Assembly: GCF_006345805.1 (NCBI RefSeq)
Contig: NC_043022.1
Location: 11,656,001-11,720,000 of the forward strand
DNA from: Octopus sinensis
Lineage: Eukaryota
Length of the DNA stretch: 64,000 nt
Reading direction: 5' to 3'
Positions 41,421 through 56,068 of this stretch are shown piece by piece (position 1 is the first letter of the stretch; each line of letters opens with the position of its first letter). Under the pieces are notes generated by a model, which saw nothing but the letters and a program-made list of their open reading frames with translations, made no database searches and was not told where the DNA came from. The position numbers and the translations under genes were made by a program.

Positions 41421-42815
41421 TATCAAATTTGATGATTGGCATCCATACTAGTGGAGTGCTAAGACCAAATTCAAGCTTCTCAGCTAGTTCCTCAACAGTT
41501 AGGTGGGATTTTGTTCCACCAGGTTTTGCAGAACATCTTTGTCGAGCTCTAGAGATCTTCAAGGAAGAATGTATAATGGAATTAAATTAAATGAATGTAT
41601 AACGGAATTAAATTATCATATGAATAGAGATACAGAGTATATTTTAAACCAATATAAGAACTATTTTCTTTATTACAGGTGGATAAATATAGGATATCAT
41701 AAAAGATGGCATCTAGTTTATGGGGCTATTGAATTAGAGGTGTACTAAATGTATATGTGAGTACATACTTAAACCAATTTGTGCATGTAAATGAATATAT
41801 TGCATGATTAAAAAATATACTAAAATAAGGATTCCCATATACAGTAAATTATATAAAAAGACTTTATACATTGTCAAAAAAATTATTTATAATTATAAAC
41901 TCTAAGAAAGTATATGAAAGGATATACAAATGTATAAATATATCAAATATCAAATACAAAAAATTTCTAAAACATATGTAATTACAAATATAAAGAAATA
42001 TAATATTGTATTATACAGTGAGTTTTACGAAAAATTATAAACTGCCAAACCCTTTATAAACTATATAAGCCACACAAATGTATGGGAGGGTGTATAAATA
42101 CATAAAGATTTAATAATATAAAATATTAAAATTTTATAAAAATTTGGTGAAATATATTTTTTACGAAGGTATTTAACTTCTTAGATGCTACACTAAATGT
42201 GTGTATGTATGCATATGTGTGTATGTGGTATGTGGAGGGTGCATATGTGTTTATGTGTATGTGGTATATATGTGTGTGGATGTGTTTGTGTGTGTATGTG
42301 TACATAGCTGTGTGGAGGTGGGAGTGTGGGAATGTGCGGTGGGGAGGTGAATTTCTGGTCTCTTTCCCCTCACCAACACTTGATAATCAGTGTTGGTTTG
42401 TTTACATCAAACTGTAACTTAGCAATTTGGCAAAAGAGACTGAAAGATTAAGTACTAGATGTTCAGTAAAACAAAAATCAAGTCCTGGGTTTGATTTCTT
42501 CAACTAAAAACCCTTCAAATCAGTGCCCCAGCTTGGCCTCAGTCAGATAACTGAAACAAGCAACAAAAAAAAGAGAGACTGATAAAACATAATATATCAC
42601 TCTTACTCTATAACTTTATCTTCAGCTTTGTAATTATTATCCAATCATGATGATGATAATGACGACAGACTACTTATCAATATTCAAACCTATTTCAAGT
42701 TACCAGCAGGCTTAGAGGGGGGTGAGTACACTCAAATGAACAGTCAAGACTGTTGATAAGAAATAGACGTGATCCGAAGGTGAGAGGAACATAACATTTA
42801 TGAGTTACAGCAACA

Positions 42816-42858
42816 ATGGTTCCTGCATGGTCTGTTCTCATTACCTTTCTTCTAACAG
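42816..42858 (+). CDS. Ly6/uPAR gene C, first coding exon (signal peptide)
   Basis: acaATGG good-context start, MVPAWSVLITFLLT plus G, donor CAG|gtaact, phase 1. Joins 46829 in frame to give ...FLLTVSTSNGLFC. Confidence 0.75.
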
Positions 42859-42999
42859 GTAACTGTGTACTTTATTGCTTCTATGTTCGTTAATTTCTCA
42901 ATTACTCACTTGAATATCTTTCTCTCTTAAATCAATGGATCCACATTTCTCTTCTATATAATTTCATTTCACTTTTTAAAATTTATTTTCATTGTAAAC

Positions 43000-43050
<51 letters not shown>

Positions 43051-44413
43051 TAATAATCCTTTAAATTCCAAGGGGATGGGAAAATCAATCACATTGACCC
43101 CACTATTTGACTGCTACGTAACTTATTGACCCCAAAAGGATAAAAGGCAAAGTGGTGGAATTTGATTTATAATAATAATAGTAATAATGGTGATGATGAT
43201 GGTTGCTCCTGTCGATTTTGATGCACGAGTTTTTGAAGGAGAGGATTTGAAGTTAAGGAGAGTAACGGGAAAAAAGAGGAAAAGAGAAAACTTTCGAAAA
43301 AAATAAATAATAAAAAATAATAATAATGGCTTCAAATTTTGGTACAAGACCAGCAATTTCAAGGGAGGGGACTCACCAATTACGTTGACCCCAGTGCTCA
43401 ACTGGTACTTATTTTAACAACCTCAGATAGATGAAAGGCAAAGTCAGCCACTGCTGAATTAGAACTTAACACATACCCAGACGAAATACCACTAAACATT
43501 TTGCCCAGTGTACTAATGATTCTGCTCACCATGATAATAATAATTATGATAATAATAATAATAAGACTACTGAATAATAATAATCATAGGCATAAAATCT
43601 GAAATCTTGGTGGAGGGGTCTAGTTGATTACATTGACCCCAGTACTTGACTGGTACATATTTTATCAACCCCTGTAAAGGTATGAAACAACATACCTTCA
43701 CACTCGTAATTTTAAAATTATTAATCTTTTAGACGATTAACCTGAGTTTTACAAATGGAGCAGTTATTTCCAAATTTCAACAATTTCATAAGAATTACAA
43801 TAAATATTTGAATATTTACTTGTTTTTTACAGTATTTACATACATTGTTTTTTGCCACATTTTACAATAATTATTTATTTATATTATTTCGTCTGTCTTT
43901 ACGTTCTGAGTTCAAATTCCGCCAAGGTTGACTTTGCCTTTCATCCTTTTGGGGTCAATAAATTAAGGACCAGTTGCATACTGGGATCAATTTAATCGAC
44001 TAGCCTCCTCCCCCAAAATTTCAGGCCTTGTGTCTAGAGTAGAAAAGAATAATTATTTATTTATATATTTTACAATATTCATATCTTTACATATTTTGCA
44101 ATATTGTCACAGTATTTACATATTCTAACAATGTTTTCTCCACAAGGTCCTATCAGAAGAAGCTGTCATTATACTTTCCGGTTGAGTCCCCAAACATGTC
44201 CAACTGAAACTAGGGATATTATCCAACCATTTCATTCTTGGTCTACCCATAGGTTTCCTGCTTGGCTTTAAAAATTAGTTTTGAGATTCTTTCCTATGAC
44301 ATTCTAACCACATGCCTGTAGTATTCACATATATTTACAATATTTACAACAATTACTGCATTTATTTTATTTGCAACAGACTTGCATTATTTACAATATT
44401 TCCATATTTTACA

Positions 44414-44456
<43 letters not shown>

Positions 44457-44576
44457 AACCACATGTGAATCGTTTGTGATTCTCTTTCCTCCAGCTTCCT
44501 TTTCTATTAGACTTCCCTCTAATTCTGAAGAAGAGCTTTGCTCAAGATGTAAAACCACACACACACACATGCAGAT

Positions 44577-44765
44577 ACAAAGGGAAGCTGAAAAGTTCCT
44601 GGCTTTGGGTAAAAGAAAATACAGGAGGATCAGTTAATTATGATTTTATTCAACATATTCCCCTCTCAAATTCACACACTTATTGCAGTGGCCCTTCAGT
44701 TAGTTTCTCTAAGTTCTATAAAAGAACTCAGAAGGTTGGGCCTCAAATCGTGATATCTTTGAAGT
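44577..44765. mobile_element. Mariner terminal fragment
   Basis: tacaaagggaagctgaaaagttcctggc resembles a mariner TIR next to TA. Confidence 0.5.
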
Positions 44766-45808
44766 CAAAAACTTTTCAGTACCAACTTCATATAGTAGGT
44801 TTTAAAAAAAACTCTATTATATTTTTTTATTAACCTTACTGGGAATTTTATGAGAAAATTATTAAAATATTTAGTGCATAGTAGAAGTACAACCAATATA
44901 TTGCAGATAATTTTTAACAGCAAAATCTTATATGGACCTGCAAGATCCATGTGGACCTCTGTTGAGAACCACTGTTCTGCCTCATAACCAGATAATCTGC
45001 AACCCAATCCAATGGACTCTCCCTGTCCCCAGACTATTTACTATGTTCCCATGACTACACTTGTAGTAACAAGATATACTGCCAATGAGTAAGCCACTAC
45101 AGGGTCATTTCAACCTGCTAGAGATAGTAGTTAAATCTCATTCGAACCACACTATAGAAAAGGAGAGTAAAGTTTTGCTGGAAAAACATTGTTGATCTGA
45201 ATATAGATTAGTTTCACCGTGGCAGGCCTGGGGTTAAAAAACAACAACAAAATAAACATTGAGACATTGTTGCTGCTGCTGCTGCTGTTGTTGTTGTTGG
45301 TGCAGTTGTTTTACTCCCAGGTCTGCCTAGGTTGAGCAGCCCCATGATTAAAAGCAGTTTTCTAAGAATGACCATTCCGCCTTATTTTCAAACATAGTCT
45401 ATTTAGGACTACATTATCTAATGTGTTCTTACTTAAAATGGTAGAATGTAATTTTGAGAAAGATTTGGGTGTTATTTTTAGAATATAAAACAACCAATTA
45501 TAGGCATCTTAAGAGATAACAAAAATATATGAAATAGAAAATTACTATTAGTAAATCTCTCGACAAGAGACATTCAGTAACAGTACTCTAGAGTAAAGAT
45601 TATTTGCCAACATAATGTAGCAGTCCTGGTTAGGATGAATGTTACGACCTTTTAACCCCCTGTTTGAAAATATAAGAGCAGGGATAATGTGTCGTATAGC
45701 CAGCTGGAGATGATGTTTCATGGGGTTACATACAGCAGAATTCATCCTAACCAGGACTGCCATGTTATGTTGGCAAATAATCTTTACTCAAACACTTGTA
45801 CACATACA

Positions 45809-45846
<38 letters not shown>

Positions 45847-46828
45847 ACAGGGTTCTTCCAGTTTCCATCAACCAAGTCCACTCACAAGGCTTTAAGTTTA
45901 TGAACCCTTCCCCAAGATGGCACAATGGGACTGAAACTAAACCAAGTGTTTGGGAAGCAAACTTCTTACCACACAGCCACGCCCGTGCCCGTAATTTATT
46001 ACATTTATTATGATTATCATTTTTTGTGATTTTTATTATTATTATTATTAAGGTGGCGAGTTGGCAGAATTGTTAGCACACCAGGCAAAATGCTTAGTGG
46101 CAGTTTGTCCATCTTTACCTTCCTGGTTCAAATTCTGCCAAGATAGACTTTGCCTTACATCCTTTCAGGGTCAATAAATTATGTACCAGTGAAACACTGG
46201 GGTAGATGTGATCAACTAGATCCCTCACCCAAAATCTCAGGCCTTGTGCCTTTAGTAGAAAGGATTATTATTATTATTATTATTATAATTATTGAGTGAG
46301 AGAGCAGTACATGCTATTAAAGTGACACTAGGGTACAAATATAAGAAGCCTAGTATACCCATCATGACCACCCACCTGATAAGGGTACACCAGGCATGTG
46401 CATCACTTCTGTATATGTCTAACATAGTCATCTTTTATCAAGATAAACAGTGCACAACTTTACAGGTGTGGCCCAGTTAGAATTTTCTCCAGGTTGATTA
46501 GCCCATCCTGTTCAAAAGGTCCTAAGGAGTGAATTATTCAAACCTCAAGGAATCCCTCTGGCTATGATGTTCTCCCACAATCCCTGCTCATAATCAGAAA
46601 TGCACATATCATCAACCACAAAGGGACATGCTCAACTGATTAAAGTCAAGCGACTGACAAGGAAATCTGTGGTATTGAGCAGAGTATTTGCCATAACCCA
46701 TCTTTTATACCAAGCTAAAACATAAACAGGATAACATTTCTTATCAGTTGAGATCAGAAGTTATGAGAGCCAGTGCCTAATACTACATCAGGGCATATTA
46801 TATTTGCACCTCTCAATTTTACTTTCAG

Positions 46829-47005
46829 TTTCAACCAGCAATGGTCTGTTCTGCTACAGTTGTGAAGGAAGCCAACCTTTTTCAAAATGTGAATCAGATA
46901 TAAGGGAATACAGACGGGGAATGGATTCAAAGTTTGCAGTAAACTGTTCTAAATATTCACACATGAAAGAGCCATACTGTGGAATTGAAAGATACATGAA
47001 AAATG
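46829..47005 (+). CDS. Ly6/uPAR gene C, exon 2 (N-terminal half of LU domain, Cys1-5)
   Basis: tttcag acceptor and ATG|gtaagt donor, 177 nt, the same length as gene B exon 2. Translates (V)STSNGLFCYSCEGSQPFSKCESDIREYRRGMDSKFAVNCSKYSHMKEPYCGIERYMKN(G), with identical Cys spacing and shared SKCE and SKFAxNCSxYS motifs. Confidence 0.9.
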
Positions 47006-48519
47006 GTAAGTTGAATATATATCCACTAGATGCAACAACAGTAGTTTTTTAACATTTAATTCTCCTTACTTCAGACTGTCTGACTGACAACAGGTGCCAC
47101 ACTTACTGTATTTTCCTACATACAAGTCAAAAGTTTTCTGACCATAATTTACAGCCAAAAAGGGTAGACCAACTTTACACCAAGACGACTTTGGTGGAGC
47201 AAACATTCCATGTGAAATGCTGCAGGATTTGGAAAAACAGTGACAATGTTTGAATGTTCACACCACATGTGTACACAACATACTATGTTGACTTGTATAG
47301 CAAAAAACAAGGTACATCTGCATACATATGTATGCGTGTTGTGTGCTCACACACCACGCGTGTATTATATTTTCTGGTATACAAGTCAAATATTTCAGGC
47401 TAAAATTAACAATCAAAAATGGCAGGTCAATTTATACATCAAGTTAACTTTGAAGAACTAAGAGTTTTATGTGAAGGGCAGCAGGATTTCGAAAGACAGT
47501 GATGAAGCTTGAATGTTTCCACTGTATACTACGTTGACATGTATGCTGGAAAATACAGTAGGTTGTTCTTTTCTTTAAGGTTTAATAAGAGGAGAAAAGG
47601 TACCCCACACCCTCTCACTAACAATGACTCTTCTAAAGGTTTCCATGACTGATGTGAGAAAGGGAAGAATTATCCCTGACTTGAAGCCTTGCTCAAATGC
47701 TTGCAATGGAGTGGACCCCACTAAAGGTACTGAAAAGCCAAGTGGTGGTTTTGAACTAGGTGGAGAATTGGGTTTGCCACTCATGCTCCTCAAAGGAATA
47801 TAAATACTGGGTTAATTATATTGATAACAATTAGCCACAATGCTAATATTATGCCCCTTGGTAAAGCACCTAACTTTGCTTCAGTATGCCTCACTAGTAA
47901 TACTGTCTGCCATTCAACCAACTTCATTAAATAAAGGCACTGGGTAAATTTGATATGCTTAACTGTAATACTAGTATTGTGGATCTTGGTTAAGGCACAT
48001 AACTCTGCATTCTTCATTTGGCCTGGCTGACATGTATTTCCCACTCCTTGCCAGAGTAAAGTCACTAAGTAAATTTTATATAATGACTAGTCACAGTACT
48101 AATATTAAGCAAACTGGTAAGGGGAAAGAAATCCGTTTCCAGTTGTCTTTGCATCTTTGGTTATGAACTGGAAGAAGACAAGTGTTGTGTGTGTGCGTGT
48201 GTGTGTGCTCACGTATATACTTTCTTACCACAAAACCCTTTAAGGTCAAATTGTCTTTATCCTCTTAAATTGGCTTAAATTTGCAACAGTGAACAAAACT
48301 GGGGTCAACTAGTCATTTCAGTTAGGGAAGTGAAGGAAATCAGCAAAAAAATGGGTAACTGGAAGGCCCCGGGACCTGGAGATGATTTTTAAAATGAGAC
48401 TATCTGAAATAAACTCGACTGCTCTCACAAATAAGAATACTAAATTTGAGCCTGACCACTCTCAAAAATTAAGTAAAAAACAGAAAAACAATCCAGAGTC
48501 CTTGTTTGGTACCTGACCA

Positions 48520-48790
48520 ATTCCAATGGTAGTCATGGAATGTGGAGGTAGGTGTTTGGGCCATGTTTGTAATGGTATGTGTGTGTGTGTGTCGTCTGCA
48601 GTGGGAACAGGGACAGTTTTCTCTGTGAAGGCTTTTTTCAGTCTATCCATTGATATGGTGTTTTTATGACCATTAAGGTTTAAAGTGAAAAATTTATCCG
48701 TGCATGAAAGAAAATGGAAAGGACCTGCATACAGTGCTGTTAACGAAGGTTTAACAACATTATTGTGCACAAGAATGTGAGTCCAAGAAG
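48520..48790 (-). mobile_element. Gypsy LTR retrotransposon integrase C-terminal fragment
   Basis: PSLTALYAGPFH...KFFTLNLNGHKNTISMDRLKKAF is GPY/F-module-like. Confidence 0.65.
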
Positions 48791-50599
48791 TAAAGCTTCC
48801 CTCAAGGCAGAGCTAGAAATGCAACTGTCAAGTAGGTAAGAAGTTTTAGAGAGGAGCGATCTATTCAAAATTGGTAAAACTAAAAATTGTCAAGGATAAA
48901 TTAAATTTATTATTGTTACTGAATATGTTGATGTTATTTAATTTCTGAATGGTTTTGCTGCTGTTTGTTTATGTAGCTTGATTTATTTATCCATCAGTTT
49001 CTACTAACATAGAGACACAAGTAAAAATTAATAATAGAGAAATGAAAATAAAACTTTGGAAACAGCAAGGCAGCCATATCTTGTGTGGAAACCATGAACA
49101 TACTTTCAAGGGAGATGTTCAGAGAAAGACTTGAATGTCAACGTAAGTTCATAATACTTTATGTAAAGTAAAGTAAGTATAACAAATAATCCAGAATCCT
49201 TGTCCTGGACTGGATCAATCCCAAAATCTAATCAGTTTGTACAAGTCATGAGACCAAACATCCCTGAAAGTTTTATCCAAATCCATCCAGCGGTTCTTGA
49301 GATATCTTGTCCACAAACAAACAAACACGATTGAAAACAATACCTCTGCCTCTGCTAAGGCAATAACAACAAAAACAACAACAACAATAATAATAAAAAA
49401 TTCTAATTTAGAGACCAGATAAGCAATTTGGTAGAGGAGAGTGTTAAATCATTTAAATTGACCCCAGTATTTGACTGGTACTTTTGTTTTATCAACCCCA
49501 TGTCTATGAAAGGCAAATTTGACCTCAGCTAGGTTTGCGCTCAGATTGTAAAGAATTGTAACTAAATAATATATGGAATTTTGTCCAATGATTCCACCAC
49601 AATAACAACAACAATAACAATAATAATTTAAATGAAATTTCAATAAAAATTACTGAAAGTTAAATATGAATTTTTAAAATGAATTTAATGAATTTTAACC
49701 AAATTTATCTATTTTTAATTTTACTTATTTTTATTTATTTTAAATTGATATTTTTTATTTTATGTTGAATGAAATTTTTCATCCAGTAACCCTTAAGTTT
49801 TAGCAACAAAACCTAACAGAAGTAAACTTAGCCAGCAAAATATATTGATTATTAAATGGAAAGCTTTAGATTTCCAATAGATTGCATTTTCTATGAATTA
49901 ATTTAATATGACAAAAGAAAAATGTTTTTTGAATAAATAAATCACTCAAGTAAATAACTCAGTTTTAAACATTTTCAGTATGGTTTCCACATATAAGTCA
50001 TTGAAAAACAAAGACTGTTAACTTCACTTTAAACATATCTGCTCTACACCACAGGACATCTACCCCTGGCCCTCTATACCTTTCTTCTCTCATCAACTGG
50101 CACAAAGCCACCCCACTCATTATTACTCCCTGCTTCGAGCTGAGGTGGTGTTTTGTCTTGCTAGTAACTTGATGACCCTATCGGTGCTGGTGTTACATAA
50201 AATGCACTGGTACTAGTGCCATGTAGAAAGCACCCAGTACAAATCTGTAAAGGGGTTCGCATTAGGAACGGCGTCCAGCCATAGAAGCCATACCAAGATA
50301 AACTATGGAGCTTTGTGTGGCCTTGGGCCTTATCAGTTCCTATCAAAAACCATCCAGCCCATGCCAGCATGGAAAATGCACATTAAATGACAATGATATT
50401 GATGACGATGATGATGACAATGATGTTTGATGATGAAAACAGCGATGATGATGATTTGCTGCCAAAACTTTTTTCGCATGAACTGACACTGATGGAAATA
50501 TTGTCATCAAATAACAAATAATAACAATTGAAGTGAAGTTAACTGTTTGTGCATTTTTGAGTGGCTAAAAATGTGTCATCAATCGTTTTAGTTTGAACA

Positions 50600-51077
50600 C
50601 ATGACCTCGGATCAAATCAGCTGCCTGACAAGTAAGTCTCCAAAAACTCAGTTTTAATTTTATTCATTCCTAAAGAGATGCCCCAAATTCATCTAAATGC
50701 GGCTCAAACCTTGAGCATGTTTGGTATTATATATCTGTGTGAGAAGCTGTTCTCTGGGATGAAGCTTTACAAAATATCACACAGGTGTCATCTCATTGAT
50801 GGACACCAGCAGTCCATCATGAGAATCTCTATAACTCAGAACCTTATTCCAAACATAAATGAACTTATTGCCAAGGAAAGATGCCAAACATCCAGCTCTG
50901 ATAAATTGGTATGACTTGATTTGCTATTATTTTAAATTTTGTCTGTTTTAATTCATATCATTGTTTAAAAAAAGGTTTCATTTTCCACTGCTTAATGAAT
51001 GCTTATCTCAGTTTGGTCTGCAACCTTAAGTGTGATTTGAGTTTTGGCTCTCTGTGTGATTGAGTTTGACACCTCTG
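50600..51077 (+). mobile_element. hAT (Charlie/SPIN/GTF2IRD2-like) transposase C-terminal remnant with right end
   Basis: A..LSMFG..YLCEKLFS.MKL.K..HR..L.D.H is the hAT dimerisation motif. Ends in gtttgacacctctg, a CAG-type TIR. Confidence 0.7.
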
Positions 51078-51405
51078 ATTTAAACCAACCTTATCCAGCC
51101 CAAATACTCTACATGTTTTATGTTCAAGTCAGCCAGATCCAGCCTCTCTCACTTACCCTACAATGTCATTCTAAAAATAAACAATTACATCATCGAAATC
51201 TCAAAGCTATAAGATAATGCATGATTAATTAAAAACAATACATTTGATAGAGTAATAAGAATGTTATCAGGTTAAAAAAAAGATTTATTTCCAATGACTT
51301 GCGCAAAAACATTACAGGAATGTTTCCTTCTTTTGGGTTTTGCAGTAAAAACTTAAGGTTTCCCTTTCTCTCCTTGCTTCTCACAATTGTTTATTTTCTC
51401 TTCAG

Positions 51406-51677
51406 GGCAAGTACAAGCTATTATTAGGGACTGTAACGATGAGACATTCTCATTCACAATGAACAATTCACCATACAAAAAACTTAGAAAAGTTAATGGG
51501 AATTACAACATTTCCGTGTGCACTTATATTATGTCTGAAGCAGCAATACTGTGCGTTTCGTTGTGTAATGAAGACATGTGCAATGGCATATTTGGCAAAT
51601 CAGATTGCATTACATTGAGCTTACCACTATTTGTCATATCATTACTTTCAGTGAAGCGACTCACAAACTTCAGTTAA
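51406..51677 (+). CDS. Ly6/uPAR gene C, proximal terminal exon 3a
   Basis: Same acceptor as 2474. Translates (G)QVQAIIRDCNDETFSFTMNNSPYKKLRKVNGNYNISVCTYIMSEAAILCVSLCNEDMCNGIFGKSDCITLSLPLFVISLLSVKRLTNFS*. Spliced product is about 163 aa. Confidence 0.9.
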
Positions 51678-52319
51678 CTCTTTAATCATTGTCAGTCCTA
51701 CTAGCCATGATTTCAATATTAGTTCACAGACGTTGTTTTCCACATTTTATTGGTTTATATTAAGGGTATTTATTTAATTGACACCAGAAAGATTAACAGT
51801 AAAACCTGTAGGATGGCAATGAAGAAGAAGAAAAATACTAAACTATTGTCAGCTTCATTACAAATTCAAATATTATCAAATAAAATAAACCTGTCATACT
51901 TTAAAGAAAGAAACAAAGACTTGACAAAAGAATGGACAAAGAATGGATTGAAAGAATGGATGGAAAGAAGGAAGAAAGAAAGACAAAGAGTTTTGTTGAG
52001 TTCAGTTTGTCATCACATTCATTCACAATATAAAGATAAAACAGAGTCATCTGGCTTTCTACATTCAAAGGTCACATCCTGTCATGGTCAACTGTACCTT
52101 TCTTCCTTTCCAGAACCTATAAAATAAAGAATCAATAAAATAACAGAGCCATTTTAATTGACTCTCTCTCACACCTGCTATCAAAATTCATGGTTCATTT
52201 GACTATAGGCACAAGGCGTAAAATCTGAAAAGAGAGATTTTGTTTATTACATCAACCCCCTAAGTTCAACTGATACTTAATTTTGCGATCCCAAAAGGAT
52301 GAAAGACAAGGTTGACCTC

Positions 52320-54450
52320 AGACAGATCACACTCTCCTTAAGATGTGGGCTGTGCCCAACAAGGCTGCTTGTTGCAAGACATCAATCTTGCATGAGATTT
52401 CCTGTTTTGAAGTTTCAATGGTATCACTTTTACATTACCCTCTCGCATTCCATTTCCACTTTCAATTTGGAGTACTTAGTCAATTTTTCAACCTCTTTAC
52501 TCACAATATTCATGTCATTTGGTATGGCTACATCAATGATCTGACAGTATTTGTCTCTCTTATTCAATATGACAAAATCCGTCCGATGGTGTTCAATTAC
52601 ACAATCTATCTGAAAATCAAAATCCCAGAGTATCATTACTTTTGCATCTTCCTACATAACTTTACTTGGTACATGCTCATACCAGTTCTCTGTAACTTCA
52701 TATTGGTATTTACAGCATAAGAGTCAATGAACACACACACACTTTATCGTGGTAGCTCTTGTATTCTTTTGTGCAAGGCTCTCATCTCCACTTACAAAGT
52801 GGGTCACTCTTTCCACAGAGTCTGCATTTCTGGATGTCAGAAATTTTATAGATGTTATACTTCACTGACTTGCTAGTGAGAGCCTGGTCTTGTGCAACAA
52901 TGATCCAGCTTTTAGTGGGGCGCTTCAAATCACCTCGCAGAAGCCATGCCCACAATGCTGTATTATCCTTAATGTCCTGTGTATTCCTTCGAAACTGTCC
53001 ATGCATTCTCATTTCAAGAAGGTCTTCATTCCTCTTCTCCTCAGCTCTTTGGTTAAACTCTTCCTTGCCCATCATTTCATCTGCATTTACACCTATATCT
53101 TTTGTGGCATATTGCAGCAGGTCTTGACTATTTATCAAATACTCAGTAAGTGTTCTCCTTTCACTTCTTATACAATGGTCTATACTAATTAGTCCTCTGC
53201 CACCATTCTTTCTTTTTGTATCCAGTCTGTTTACATTTGCTTTAGGGTGTGGCGCCCCATGCAGCGTCATCAACTTTCTTGTCCTTTAATCCATTTGAGG
53301 GTGGACACACTATATCTCACCACCACAACTGTCCAGATATTCATTGCGGTAATCAAATTTTTGGCATTCAGGTTGGATTTCAACACCATCTTCACCCTTT
53401 TCTGATATGCCTCACTGACATTGACTCCCATTTCTCTGTGTAGAATGTCATCCAGCTCCAAAATCCCTAAATATCTATACCCACTACCATCAGGTTCACC
53501 CATAAGTCTCTCCTGATGGTAATCGCAATCCTCTGCAGGCTGTTTTCTTCCCTCTTTTCGTATTAAGTACTGAGAATTTGGTCATCCCAAATTCCATACC
53601 GGTGTTCCTACCACACTTCTAGACTGTTTTGGTTAAGGAATCTATCTGTTTTTCAGACTTTCCAAACAATTTCAGGTCATCCATGAATAAGAGATCGTTC
53701 AATGAGGGGCCTTTCTTCCCACATTGTTAACCCATCTTAACTTTCCTAAGTGTCATTGTTATGGGTATTAGTGCAATTACAAACAGAAACAGAGAAAACG
53801 AGTCACCTTGGAAGATACCCCTTTTAATATTAACTTCTCCAAGGAATACATTACTTGAGTACAATTTGGTTTTCCACTCTTTCATGCTATGCATCAGAAA
53901 ATTTGTGATATTGTCAGCAACACCAAACATATGCAGGCATTCAATGATCCAAGAATGAGGCATCATATCATATGCCTTCTTAAAGTCAATCCAAGCCATA
54001 GACATGTTTGTATGAGGTTTTTTACAATGCCTCAAAATTGTTTTATCAAAGACCAGGTGATCTTTGGTACTCTAAAAACTCTTCCTACATCCTTTTGTTC
54101 CCTTGGTGGTATTTCTTCCTGTGCCAGGAAAGTATATGTCTTTGCTGAACATATTCCAGTGACTATCTTCCAGATTATGTTTAGGCATGTTATGGGACAG
54201 TGGTTTCCCCACAATATTCTCCTATTTTTCATTATAAGTGTTATTCTCCTAGTCACCATCCATGCAGGAACTGTACCTTTCTGGACACACTCATTCAACT
54301 GGGCTGTTAGTCTTTTAAACACCGTGGCATCTCTTTAGCCAAAAGCCCTGAATCCCATCTGATCTGGGGTCTTTCCAGTTAGGCACTTTACCCACTTGTT
54401 CTTTCACATCAACTGTGCTTATAACAATATTCCATTGTTTCTTTCCTCCT
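52320..54450 (-). mobile_element. Decayed R4/Dong-like non-LTR retrotransposon (RT plus RLE)
   Basis: MAWIDFKKAYDM.PHSWI, GIFQGDS, FMDDLKL, YRYLGILE, AQDQAL, CRLCG, ILWDF...IIDVAIP in successive broken minus-strand ORFs. Confidence 0.9.
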
Positions 54451-54908
54451 TGGATTCTAATCATACACCCACCCACAAATGCAACCAATACATTCTCAAA
54501 TTTTCATCCACACCACAAGACCCTTTCAAATGAGCAACACAGAATCCACCCCTCCATACTTTCAAATGACTAAACATGAACTACTATTGGAACTTTTTTT
54601 ACCACTTCTATACACCACTTTCCTTGAATAATGGAACTGCAACTACAATATCTTTATATATTTTATATTTTCATTTCTGCTTTCATTCTCTTATTTCCCT
54701 CAATATTACCTATCTTTTCCTTTTCTGTAATAATTCCTTATTTCAAACTCAAATATTTACCTCTATTTAACTATCTCACATATCAGCGTTAATGAAGGGA
54801 TATCCATAATATCCCAGAAACAGCTGTAAAACTGTATCTTTTTCCTTATAAATGTCCTGAAAACTCCTCACAGCCTTGGCTTTGTTATCTGATTTTGTCA
54901 TAAATATA

Positions 54909-55047
<139 letters not shown>

Positions 55048-55074
55048 AAGGATGAAAAGGAACACACGAGTTGA

Positions 55075-55374
55075 TATATATGAAAAAGAAGTCAAGATAG
55101 AAAATGCTAAAATAATTTTATAAAGAACATTTCAGTACCGGTTTCAGTCATTTTGAGACCTTTTCAACTGTAACGATTAAATAATTAAATTTAGAAAAAT
55201 TTTTTAAAAAGTTTTTTTAAAAGAATATTTGTATAGTGTTCAAATATAAGTGGCATTTTCCTTTCTCTGTCTCTCTTGTTTACACTTACAGTTGAAGAGG
55301 TTTCAAAATTACTGAAACCGGTACTGAAATGTTCTTTATAAAATTATTTTAGCATTTTCTATCTTGACTTGTTT

Positions 55375-55382
<8 letters not shown>
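55075..55382. repeat. Inverted-repeat element with degenerate hammerhead motif
   Basis: Arms 55075-55172 and 55286-55382. The + arm reads cag-TTGAAGA-ggt...act-GAAA-CCGG-TA-ctg. A related half copy is at about 14265-14335. Confidence 0.7.
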
Positions 55383-55410
<28 letters not shown>

Positions 55411-55509
55411 ATTGATATCAGGAAATCAATATTAGAAAATTCTTCAGAAAGATATATACATATGTAAAATAATTTTATAACTTCACATATAATTTTATTT
55501 TTATATTAT

Positions 55510-56068
55510 TTAAGTATATGAACTATATTTGGAATACAGGATAATATAATGGATTTTATACATAATTATTATGGATTGCTACAGAAGAATTACCAAGGAG
55601 GCATAAATGAATTTCAAGATTCTCATACTAAAAGTGTACTTACCAAAATCAAAAGCAGTCATTTTTAATTCATATTTCAAACAAACACCATTTTCCCATA
55701 TTACTTCATAATATTTTTTTTTTAAAACTACCATTTGTAAAATTATACAAATTTCACATTTGATATTACCAAAGAGAAGAAGAGTTATCTATAGATGCTT
55801 ATCAATGTAGGATTCCATTATTCTATATTATCTAAGTCTATGAACTATATTTGGAATACAAGACAATATAATGGATTTTACACATAAATATTATGGATTA
55901 TTACAGAAGACTAACCAAGGAAGTATATATGGATTTAAAGATTCTCATACTAAAGTGTACTTGCCAAAATCAAAAGCAGTAATTTCTAATTTATATTTCA
56001 AACAAATACCATTTTATAGTATTTTTTTTAAAATACCATTCAATATATTATACAAAATTCAAATTTTA
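55510..56068 (+). repeat. Diverged tandem duplication, unit about 325 bp
   Basis: tatgaactatatttggaataca...gattctcatacta...ccaaaatcaaaagcagt occurs twice. Confidence 0.75.

Noticed and set aside
47580-47803. Phase-1 open frame after ctttaag, (G)LIRGEK...PCSNACNGVDP...LPLMLLKGI*, as a third alternative terminal exon of gene C
   Set aside because: Only two Cys with C-x3-C spacing, no Cys6, a weak AAG acceptor and a poor hydrophobic tail. The core gagtggaccccac.aaaggt recurs near 63390, which suggests a dispersed repeat.
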